Shown here: positions 40,301-51,044 of the stretch, one piece after another | Layout: each line of letters starts with the position of its first letter | How positions within the stretch are numbered: the stretch's first letter is position 1 | Source of the DNA: Raillietiella orientalis | Lineage: Eukaryota | Length of the DNA stretch: 64,000 bases | Assembly (NCBI GenBank): GCA_036172245.1 | Contig: JAYWIR010000015.1 | Coordinates: forward strand, 1,116,001 to 1,180,000 | Direction of reading: 5' to 3' | Program-made: the position numbers and the translations under genes | Notes under the pieces: model-generated | The model's database searches: none | Told to the model about the DNA's origin: nothing | Seen by the model: the letters and a program-made list of their open reading frames with translations, nothing else

Positions 40301-42479
40301 TCGACACTGCAGATGGCGATTTCTCGCCAAGTTGCCTCGAGGAAGAGGACCAACGCGACCTCTGGCTGGGAGATCTTTTTTCTACAGCGATAAGATAACT
40401 TCCGCTGGAGGACTCAGGAAGTTTCCGTTTCCAAGATCCTCCTGTTATGGGAAGAGCCACTTAAAGCCTATGTGGTGGAATCAGCCGTTAGACGGTGCCG
40501 CATGCTGCATCCACTTTCTTTCTTCTTCTCCTATCATAACGGTCTCCTATCAAAAACATTGAGAGTTTTTTTATTCGTTTGAGCCTCGAGCCATACAGCC
40601 CATTTTAATGCGGGAGATTCTCTTCACATTCTCTGGAGTGTAGCTTTCCCAGAGATGCACTCTTTTTCCATTTCTTGTCTGTACTGCGATTTCTTTCTCT
40701 CCCCAGACGAAAAGTCTGTTCGCCTGTTCTGTTTGGCCTTTGCCAGCCGCATCGGAAAAACAAAAAAAAAAAAAAAGTGCCTGGCATTTCCATGAGTGGC
40801 ACCCGATTCTGCACGCAGCAGCTCTTTCCTTCCGCAAGAAGTCTCACCTGCTACACGGGAGGTGTAGCAGGTGAGACTCAAACAGAATCACAAACCTGTT
40901 TTCCTCTATAGCCCTTAGCCGACATGTCCACGTCTTCCCTAAGAGAGAAAATTCCCTCGTCCCCAGCCTAATACTCAACCGATTCTTTTCTCTCTTCATT
41001 TAGTTGGGCCCACACTCGTAGACGCATGTCGCTTCCCCACTTTCTGCTTCCTGTACATAAACGCAACCTTTAGGCAGCGGAGAAAACTTAGACATACTTC
41101 CACTTCCGCCCATTCCTCACTAGCCTGATAATCTCCTAGCCATTAGCTATAACTGAAGATGTTGCTTTGTAGCAGATGATTTCCAAAGAAGACATGACCG
41201 CACTCAACTAATACTGCTTAACTCACAAATCTCTGAGAGAGGAATTTATAGCGGTACCTCGGTAGTCGATGGTGCAGCAACTCGTCAAAGTCAGTGCTCG
41301 TTGCATTTTGACGAGAAAAAATGTTTCAACACTCAGAGCATGCTCGGAACTCGACGCCCCACTCTCATGATGGAACAAGTGAACCCTTTCGTCTCATGGT
41401 AGCTCACGAAAAATGCCGGACACTTCCATAGAGGGGCTCCCGCCGAATCGTTTCTTTCTTTGTGCTTTCTGTGCATTTTAATCGTTAATCATGGGTTCTA
41501 AAATGGTTAAAAATGATACCACGGAGTCCAGGAAGGAACTCGTTCGGTACTCGTCTGTCTAGGCTGTCCGGCACGAGTGCCGGAACGAATTGCCAACGAG
41601 AACTGTGGTCCCACTGTATTTTCATTTCATTCCTCTTTGCTACAGAAGATACCAACTCTTCAAGCCATCATCCTTCTTCCAGAACCATTCTCTATCAATT
41701 CATTGCACTGTCTTCATTCTGTTGCATATCTTGCATTTGGGGCCGTTCTACGGAAGAGTGCATACCTGTTCCTGGAGAAGTGAACGGCTTTTCTTCCTGA
41801 TATCCCGGATTTATCAAGATTTGCACCTGCTGATTCCAGCGTTGAATGATTTCGGACGCTTTCATATCAACCGCTACCTCCCAACCCTTAGAAAAAGTAC
41901 CAGTCCATCGTCCATTGATTTTTTTTTTTCAATTTCCGGTTACAAAACCGTGGGAGCTCCCGCGTTGCTGGACCACCTCCAGCACAGCTTCAAGGCGCCC
42001 TCAGTCCCTGCCTGATCCCTCAACGGTCCGATCAAAAAAATCGAAATGCTGACCCCGTCGGCAGACCTGTGCAACAAGAAAGCCCACATCTCTGGCAAGA
42101 GTAGCATCCCTGGACGTTTCTTGAGATTACGGAGGGATAACGACTGGCAGCGTAGGTCCAAGAGTGGTCAAAGAGTTCCTGCTTTAGAAAAATGGGAAGA
42201 AGGAAAAGTGCGAAGCAGAATGACTGCAGACCGATGGATGTCGCCTTGTGGGCGGGTGCTTTTTTTTTTTTCCTCTTTCTGGAAGAGTAAGAAACGGAGG
42301 ACCAGGAGCGCTCGCGAGCGAGTACCTTCGCCCAGCAAGCAGCACGGATGTTCAAGACACGAGGGCGAATCATGAAGCAGAACGCACGGCCACTAACAGA
42401 CCAAGGTCGAAAAAGGAGGAAAACAGAAGAAAAGTGGGGAGCAGAGGAGAAAGCGCAGCTGGGTTCTTGCGGCAGGGAG

Positions 42480-45400
42480 TACCAACGTTCCGAGAGAGCT
42501 CCACATGCAAAGAGGAAGCTTCAGGATGCCTGGATGTCCGGCTGTCCAAAGTAGGGGGAGTGCGCTGCTGGGATGGAAGATCCACAGCGAGCCATCGGCG
42601 CGCCACTGCGAAGCGGAGCTCTCTGGACTGCTCTTTACCAATCCGGATGGCGCTGAGGATTCTCTCGCGCTTGTGGCAAGAATGGGCCATGCCCACCCTC
42701 TTCCTTCCTGACCAAAATCGCGCCGACCGCCTAGCACCCTGGGAAGAGTCGGAGACGGAAATTTTCCTGCTCCAACACCCAGGAAGCAGACACGGAAGAG
42801 TTTCCAAGAACGTCTCGCAGAGGGCTGCAGAGGGGACCCGTACAGTAGATGCCCTCGGGAATTCGACAAGCACACCGCCTGTGGCTGCTGGAGCCTGGTC
42901 TCGCCGTTCTCTGGACCTCTCCCCCCCCGATCTTGGCAAACCTTCCCACACTAAAGCTCTCACCGAAGCTCGCATCTTCCCTACGGGAGAGAAGGGGACA
43001 CCACGCTCTCCGTTCCACACTGCTGCCGCGCCTTTAGGCGGACAGCAGCTCGCGCTGAGACAGTGATCCGATTTTCCTCAGCACCCGACCACTTGCACCG
43101 ACTCTTGCAGCCCTCGGATCAGGTCGCAGGTCGCCCTCATCTTCCCATTACTCCCGGATCGCCCCGCTCGCTCTCCTGCTTCGCGGGCGTTCCGCTTTGG
43201 TTTCGAGGGGAGTGGAGCCTTTCGCTACCCCGAAAACGTCCTCCCCTCTCGAGAGTGCGGGTGTCGAAGGACCCTCAGATGTTGGCTCTATCTCCCTTCT
43301 CCTCCTTCTGGACTCCTGTCTTGTGCGCCGGATGAATAGCGGGGGACTGGAGGCGTGGGACGGCTCCCAACGTCTCTCCCCAGTCCCTGGACCTCCTTCA
43401 GATGTTGCAAGGGACCGAGGCAGCCTGGACCGGCGTTAGTGCACAAGCATCATTGCTTCTCTTTTTTTTTGGTTCGCTAAGTACCTCAAGAGACGGTCGC
43501 GTCCTCGCAGCGCACGTGGCTCTTTAAACACACTGTTTTGTTTCCACACCACTCCACCTGTGGCATCCCGCAGGGGAGGCGTGTAATTCTTCAGGATAGG
43601 AAGCAACCCGGGATGGGGGTCCGCCCTATGAATCCAGATAGAGCTCGGAGTCCACTCCTCTCACTCTTGGAGAAGGATCCCCCGGATGAGGGGGATCGCA
43701 CTTCCCACCCTGATTGTCTCCGAAGGGGAATCCCGAAGGGAATCTCCTTCCTCATTCTCTCCGGAGGGACACCCCCCTAATGGGGAGGGCTGTCCTCTCC
43801 ATTTCACCATCTCCGGAGGGAACCCGCAAGGGAACCGCTCCTGTTCACTTCTCTGACGAGAACCCCGAAAGGACGCTTCCGAAACTCAGAAGGGGCACTG
43901 CAGCTTCCCGCAGCGGGATCGCTCTCGCTTGCTTCCTTGCACTCTGTGAAGAGGGACAACTCGGAAGGTTCCCCCGCAACAACAGAAGTCCGCTCCTTTG
44001 AACAACTGGAGAGGTGCCCATGAAGGCTCCTGCTCCATCTTGAAACGGAAAACATTCGACTGTGTCCACCAGGAACTTCTTCTGGAGCTCTTGGAACGCC
44101 TGGACTTCCCGGCCTCTTTGACGGCCTTTCTGCGCTCTTGCTGGCGCGACGCGCTGACCATCATTTATTTCAATGGACGAAACGTGAACGGTGTGCCGCT
44201 GCGTCGCGGGATACGGCAGGGATCAGTCTGAGCCCCTTGCTCCTCAGCACCTACTTTGAGCTGGTGCTGAGGGCGTACAGGGAGATTCCAGCTCGCTTGC
44301 CGCGCACATGCCCAGACACACCTGCTGTGTCGGTGCATACGGACGATCTTCTGCTTCTGCTCCCCATGTCCATCCCGGCATCGGCGCTCGAAGATTTCTT
44401 CGAGCTATTAAACCGCGGGACTGCAGGTGAACAGGGAGAAATCGTCCGTGGTAGCAGTCGGTTCGGCATGGGCAGGGCAGCTGGACTGGATCTGCATGGG
44501 GATCCCCATGGTTTCTTACTTGAAGTACCTCGATATACCGTTGGAGGACTATTCTCCGGCGGAGGCGTGGTCCAGCTGCCTCCAGAAGGCAAAGTGAGCG
44601 ATCGGCCCGTTCCAGGATGACAATTTTCTCTTGCCGGAATGGGCCGCAGTGTGAAATGAGTTTGTGACCCATCTCTTCCGCCCCCTGCTTTTTGTTTGCC
44701 CCCCATCGAATAGCATTAAAAGGCGGACGAAGGACCTCCTGAGAATCACCCTGTGGAACACAGGAAGGTCCTGAGTCTTCCTGAAGGACTTGTGCGCTCC
44801 GCGTCGCTACGGAGGCCTCGGCCTTCCTTCTGGTACTCTGTAGCGCCTAGAGTGGCAGCTCCAGCGGAGGACGCTTGCCCTAGTGACGAAGTTTTAAGGC
44901 ACAAACTGGTGCGAGCCAGCACGATACCTGGTCAAACGAGCCACCGGCTAAGCGGGACTATCTTCGTTCCTGACACGACGGCGCAGACGCACCGTGTCCA
45001 GTTGAGGACTGGAGCTCCGGCGAGTGGCCAAGCTGACCAGGACCAACAACTGGATCTTTTTCCGTCCCCCGAACGGTAGTGCCTGGTTACAGGAAACCGT
45101 TCTCACATGAGCCAAGAACAAGGAAGCGAGCACGGAGATGCAGCAGCGACTTCTGCACTTGTACAACAACCGCTCGCTGAAGGATGTCATCGTGCAGCCC
45201 ACCAGGTGTGTGGGGGAGCAAAGAACCTCCCTAGTCGCAACACTGCCCTCCCTCAGGGAGCACTTGGGCAGTAGCCAGCCTGCCAGATGGGAGGTCCGAT
45301 GTCAGATCGGAGGAAAGGCGAAGGAATTAGGTGCTTGGATTACGGGCCAGCTCACGGAAGCTGCGACCTCAAGTGTCCCACCGAAAGGACTATTGCGCTG

Positions 45401-46116
45401 GGGTGGGCTGCTGGGAATCCTACAAGAAAACCTCGAGTGGCCCCGGCGCTGAACAACAACCGAGCCCTCCTCCTGAAATGGCAGGAGTCAGCACTTCTGC
45501 TGTTGCACTGGGGTACCCCGTGCAATGACCGCCGCTCTCACTGGACCTGGGGATTCTGTGGGCCCCAAATGTGGCTGGTGCGGGAAATGGGAATCCCTTC
45601 CTCACCTTCTTGTAGACTGTGTTGCCCTCCGGTTCCTGTGGTTGCGTTATGCAACAGCCCTTGGTCCACCGACAGACAATCCCAGGGACGTGATAATGCA
45701 CCTCTTCGTGTGCGATGCTCTTTCGCCTGCCGCATCCCTAGCAGCTCTTTGCTGCTGCCTACGCGGGATTGTGGTGGCCTGGAGCTACGCGAGAGGTGGA
45801 CGGCACGACAGGAATGCCATCTGTTTCGCCCTGAGCTTCATGAGGACGGCAGCTAGATGGTCCCATCTGGGACATACTCAGAAGGAACTTGCCGGCATCC
45901 TGAAAAGGATGCAGAGGACGCCCTCTAGCACCCGGTGATCCTTTTTTTTATTTTTTGTCTGCCCCTTCCTCCTCTGCTGCCCAGGCGAACCTCTCCGGCG
46001 TGCGTGCCGGTTACTCAGCAGGTTCCGAGCATTTTCGGACAATGTAGAGCCGATGACCCTACACATGTATGTTTATTATTTTTTATAATGAACGTCCCGG
46101 CGTGATCTGGTGATAA
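42480..46116 (+). mobile_element. Near-full-length decayed L1/Tx1-clade-like LINE (ORF1 knuckle, APE, RT, C-terminal Cys/His domain, 3'UTR)
   Basis: ORF1 remnant RACGKNG(H) ~42666. RT: KTFDCVHQELL..LERLDFP (44049), FNG..LRRGIRQG / LSPLLL (44200-44245), VHTDD (44336-44347), KYLD (~44523), YGGLGLP (~44810). C-term: LLHWGTPCNDR...CGWCGKWESLPHLLVDC. Stop at 45938, terminal motif 46087-46116. Frameshifted and interrupted by copy F. Confidence 0.9.
43455..43895 (+). mobile_element. Composite repeat copy F (head lost), nested in the LINE
   Basis: ttttttggttcgctaagt, ccctatgaatccag and ccggagggaacc blocks match copy D. No A/B box present. Confidence 0.65.
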
Positions 46117-46139
46117 CCAAGCAGACCACTCCACCGAGG

Positions 46140-46800
46140 GAGTCCCTTTGCCTGGGAAAGAAGAGTGGCGGCGTCCATCAACTCGCTCATCTTGCAGCCG
46201 TCCAGGAGTTTTTCGACTCCTGCCATTTTGCAGGACAACTCCCGCCCCGCCGGTTGGCTGCTGTCATTCCTTGTCCTGAAGGTGGACAGTTCTGCAGCAA
46301 GACGTGTGACGGCTATCCGGGACCACTGCATCCAATCCTGCAGATCTCCCAGAGGATTGGGTAGGAGATTCCGCAGCGGTCGCAGTTCCTCTGGGAACTC
46401 TTCCAGAGTGGCGACCCGGGACTCCAGAGCCTCCTTCCGCCATACGTTCCAGTTTTGGGGGTGGCAGTAGATCCACGGGATTCCATAAGCACGTGGGCCA
46501 TAGTGAGGACAGGCATTCACTGCCGAAAGACAGCAAATGCGCGCCCACGTGCTTCCGGCAGAGCCGCCCTCGAGATCCACTCTGGTCTGCCTGAGTCCCC
46601 AGGGACCTCATTCGGCTGTTCCGCTGCTGCCCTTCCTGGGCAGACGTTGCAGCGGGAAACTCACTCGGAGGTTCTCTCCCACCCACCCGCTCTTGTTCCG
46701 ATCCTCTGGTTGCATGAAAGAGATAGCCCTTCCTGTCCACCGCTTCCCCCTCGTCCGGCGAGCCCGGTGGAGCCAATGTCTGCTGCACTCAACGAGCGCA
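46140..46800 (-). mobile_element. LINE APE-end/linker remnant
   Basis: WNVWRKEALES...EEFPEEL...PNPLGDLQDWMQWSRIAV resembles the post-APE W.LN...F...WW..K linker. Confidence 0.4.
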
Positions 46801-47074
46801 CACCGGCACGCGCGGCCGGGGAAGACCATCGTTCGCGGCATCACGCAGCATTTTTCCCGATTTTACAGACAACGAGGATTTCTTGGAATTCCGCTCACCT
46901 CTTCTTCCCCTGCCATTTGTCTTTACGGCAAAGTACCATCCCTTGATGATGGCTGCTGCCAAGAGGGAGAAGAGTCGTGCGCCTGGTGCTTGGGTTTGAG
47001 ATGTTCCCATGTGAGAGGTGCGAGAAGGTAGGCTGCCAGAAGAAATGGGAGCGGAGGCGACAGCCTGGACGTAG

Positions 47075-47790
47075 CGTCAGAGACAGCAGCTACCGATGTC
47101 GAGAAGCAATCTGAAGGTGGCTGGGATGGTCATTCCCGCTGGGTATCCGAGCTCCTTCATCGTCCCGCCTGCATCGTCCCGCACGCAAACAAACGAAGAG
47201 CAGCAGCAGCACGTGCGGAGGATTCTCGGACGGTGTCGTCCTTCCTTCCAAGGAGGCTCCTTCTCTCCACCGGCAAAATGGTGGAGCGCTGATTACGAAG
47301 GGGAAGTGGGTTGTTTCTCACCCGGTTGCGCCTGGGCGTTTATTCCTAAACTATCCAGGAACAGAGTTCCCGGACAAGGGACACAGAAGAAACGAAGGGG
47401 GGGGGGTCCCGACACGCAAGTCGGTAAGTGGGTTGTATTGTCAAAAGGATGTCCACCAAGGATCCTAGATTAGGTGTCCCTCCAATAGGAATGAAAGGAG
47501 GATTCGATTTCATCCGTCCTTCTCAGAGGTGCTTCCGTATTTGTCGCTGTGTCTTCTTTTCTTTCTTTTTTTCCTTCCTGCAAGCCAGAGTGAGAAGGAA
47601 GCTACGATTCACCTCTCTCTGATCCTTACCTAATCGCCCCCATTCCGACAAGCAATTCTTCCACATGCGCTGCTGTTGCTGCTGGAATGCAGGAAGGACA
47701 GCGCAAGAGCTTGGATCCCCCGCAGGAATCACCATCCCAGACATCATCTTTACATTGCTTCGCGGCACCGGCACTACTCGCACGCGAAAG
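47075..47790. repeat. Imperfect inverted repeat pair (~47075-47232 and ~47640-47790)
   Basis: gaagcaatctgaaggtggctgggatggtcattcccgctgggtatccgagctc versus reverse complement gaagcaatgtaaagatgatgtctgggatggtgattcctgcgggggatccaagctc; both are followed by cagcagc. Confidence 0.75.
47315..47385 (-). mobile_element. Short LINE 3'-terminal fragment
   Basis: Reverse complement tgtccgggaactctgttcctggatagtttaggaataaacgcccaggcgcaaccgggtgagaa, matching 18352-18413. Confidence 0.7.
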
Positions 47791-47871
47791 CAGCAATAGC
47801 ACGGAACAACCGACACATTTGTGTCCGTTTCCAACACGTCCTTCTTCTAGCAACACTGGGTATCACTTTTC

Positions 47872-49460
47872 CGGGTTCTACCCGCATAGGTTGCAGAGGT
47901 GTCCGCGCCTGGCACCAAGCGTAGCAGGTTCGAATCCCACCCGGGGAAGCATCGACGCTGAGAACGGGGAGTGCGTCGTGGATTTCAAGTCTCCCCTGAG
48001 ACTGACCCGTAGGCTCTGGGTGAGGCACTTGTGGAAGCTGGTAAAAACAGGATGATCCCGTTGAGTGGCCGGGATTGGAAGTCGACCCTCTCCGGGATCC
48101 TTCCAGGAATCAAGGAGCTTTTCGAGGTTCGTCTCCGGTTGTGAAAATGGCGCCGTCCACTCTCCTTGGAGGGGGATCCTCCATCTCGTATCATGGAGAG
48201 GGTGGATCGATACCTCTCTAGAGTGTGAAGAAGTGCTCTGTTCCCTTCGAGAAGCGACTTCCAGAGAAAATTTGGAGGCGTCCCTTCAGGGTTCCTCTTC
48301 AGAGAAGAAAACAAGTAGCCGTTCCCTTCCAGATTCCCTTCGGAGAAGAAACGAGGGGGTGGCCACCTCCGGAGGTCCCTTCTTCATGGACCTCCGTTTT
48401 CCTCTCCACCTCCGCTGTCGAGGGGAGCTACCCCGCCGGTCTGCTTGCCGGTGACCTGACAGGTCCAAGGACAAGAGGAGCGTGTCCTGCCACAATTTAA
48501 GAGTTTCTTTTCGATTTTAGGGAACGTCCCTATGTGTCCGGATGGAAATCGGAGGAGGAAATAAGGAGCGAAGCCTTTCCGGAGGATCCCTCTGGAGAGA
48601 ATAGGCGAGAGGTTCCCTTCGGGTCTCCCTTCGGAGACAACCTGGGAAAGAGGGTTCCCTATCAGGCGCAAGAGGAACGGACTCCTTCCTCCGGAGCCCT
48701 CCTGGATTCACAGAGTGATCTCTCTGGGATTCCCCTTCAATTTGAAGAGTTCCATACACCCTTGGGTGGTGTGTGAGGTGCTAAGGAGCTCTGTGAGTCC
48801 TCCTTAAGGAGGCAAGTGGCTCTTCAGCACTTGGCGAACGAAAAAGAAAGGAAAAGAAAACTCGGAAGAAAGAAAAGCTGGAAAGAAAGAAGCAAGATGT
48901 AAGAAAATCGATGGGGGCCTTCCTCTCACTGAGGCTACCCCTCAATCTTTTCCGAGATGCAACGATAAGCCCAGGCTGGGGCTATGCCGTGATTTCTGAT
49001 TCCCATCTCTTTCTGAATGGTTCCTCCTCAAGATGTTCTCTGCGGGCGTCGCTTCCTCTGTATTCCTCCCTTTTGCCCTTCCTATCACGGTGCTCGTGGT
49101 GAACAGGGAGATCGCTTTCCTCACCATGGGATTGTACTGGGGAACGCTTCCGTTCCCTTCAAACAATCTCGTCACGATTTCCATCCTTGTACTGCTCTGT
49201 AGACCCGTTACCGCTTTCAGCACTGCCCAGTCCTGGAGCGCTCCTGAAGCAGCGCTGGGCAGGCGAGTACGTGGAACAGGGCTTCCTTGGTCCCTCATGC
49301 CAAGAGCTCGTCCTGAGTGTTCCCGGTCCAGCACTTGAACCTTGAGCCATTAGGGATTCCATCGTGGCAAGCGTGAGGAGACCGTGCTGAGTGTTTGGTG
49401 GGAGGTCGTTCCTCCAGATGGCGGCCTCCCCAGCCGCTTGCAGGTTCGCGTTCCGCATCC
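47872..49460 (-). mobile_element. LINE ORF2 C-terminus contiguous with composite repeat copy B (tRNA-like head on + strand)
   Basis: Minus 49460-48940: IWRNDLPPNTQHGLLTL / HGIPNGSRFKCW..LA*GTKEALFHVLACPAL / LQDWAVL...EIVTRLFEGNG. Then T-rich tract 48910-48840, repeat body, and B box ggttcgaatccc on + at 47927-47938. Confidence 0.75.
48376..48548 (+). mobile_element. ~170-bp LINE 3'UTR insertion nested in copy B
   Basis: gccacaatttaagagtttcttttcgattttagggaacgtccctatgtgtccggatgga matches the reverse complement of 13972-14030. Flanked by cggagg (48370-48375 and 48550-48555). Absent from copies A, C and D. Confidence 0.75.
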
Positions 49461-50579
49461 CGAAACGGCTGGCAGATGTGGCGAGGACTTCACGGTTTCC
49501 TTCTTTTTAAGGAAGATTTTCCCGGAGATTTTTTCTTGTCATTTCTGACCACTCTAGGTCGCCACGCTTTTTTCACACTTTGCATGTCCTGTGGGTAAGT
49601 CGTCTAATGATTTTTCCGCAGTATCGAAACGGCCTCATCTTGTCGAAGTTCCCCTGGAAACGAACTGTTTGCATTCCCGAACTGTCAGTCTGGATCTTCC
49701 CGTCCAGTGCGCGCTCTGCTACCAAACAAGGGGTCGGTGCCGTGGTGAAGTGCGATGGGAGCCCCAGGCAAACCACTCAAGGCCTTGCCACGCACGCAAA
49801 CAAACGAAGACAGGTCGCTTCCCCTGACTTCACAGAACTTTGGATGCTGTGGGGTCGAAGGAACCGGCAAACCGGAACTCTCCGGAAATCCAACACTTGC
49901 CCGGTAGGGCCACTGAGTATACCAGACGATGACGAAGCCCGTGACATTCTCGCGAGCTCCTACTCCCGGTATTCCACACTCCGCGGAGCTGCATCGCGCG
50001 CCAAGGGCACCGAGACGCCGCAACATCCAGACGATCAAATAGGTCGCCGGCTCCAGTACTCAAAGATCTCTCATAGGGAGCGAACCTGGAAAAGCTTTTC
50101 CTGATTTACTGAGAGCCTTCTCGGCTCTTCCTGCTGCAGTTACTGCGGCGGAACGAGACCTTGTAAGATCAAAAGGGGTCATCGGCAGGAAGGACATCTC
50201 TGTGCAGTTCCAGCAGGCGACGAAGGGACGGCAAGACTGATAGGTATACGTTAGTTGAGGCGAACGAAGCCAAAGTGCAGCTCGAGTCGCGCTTTATGTC
50301 TGTGTTTCTCGAGTGCAGAAGTGGGCAGACCTTTTGTCGCAACTCTGCGCGTAGCTTTCCGCAACGGACTGGGGGGTGCACTCCTTAAGAGTATCGACAC
50401 TTACGAAATGGATCAGCTTGCCGGCTTCGGTTGTTCCTCGCTGCATTCTGATTGACCAATGAAAATTCGAACAGTTCGTGACATCATAATCCTTTTAGGG
50501 AATTCTAGCACACTCCCTAAAGTGATGGAGGCAGACTTTTTCCTTTCTTTAATACCTCTCTTTACAAGAGTTAGAAGTA

Positions 50580-51044
50580 CAGTTGGCCCCCTTATAACGC
50601 AGGGAATACGTCCCGCGTTATACTAGCCCTGTGGATTATACGTGGATAATATAAAAGTATTTATAAAAGACATAGAATGTAGCTTAGACGTAGTAATATT
50701 TAAATATTCACTTCAAAACAAAAGCAAAAAAAATAGGTGTTTAGCTTGAAGCGAAAAAGGGCCTTCAGAGATTTGTTGATATTCATTCCATTTAAACCGT
50801 TTGACAGTTTCAGCTGGGTCATCCTCGCTGTTGAAAAGCCCTGTCTCCTTGCCCTATTCCATCGACTAAAAGAATTACGAATAGAGTGTCGTATTCTTTT
50901 TGAAAACAGCTGGGCCGATACTCTTACCACAAAGTCAGAATCCATCCGCAGGTCACATCACACGGTATACACGATCGCGTTATACGAAGGCCATTTTTTT
51001 TTTCGTCTCGCTAAACGAACCCGCGTCACGCAAGGGTCCACCGC
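50580..51044. mobile_element. Possible decayed pogo/Tigger-type MITE
   Basis: TA then cagttggcccccttataacgc, resembling Tigger/MER2-type termini. Degenerate inverted partner at ~51021-51045 (14/25 identity, mostly transitions). Internal cgcgttatac occurs twice; AT-rich interior. Confidence 0.4.

Noticed and set aside
49740..50100. RT-like KAF...YLIVWML...CGIPG on the minus strand
   Set aside because: Motifs are too degraded and there is no YADD-like site.
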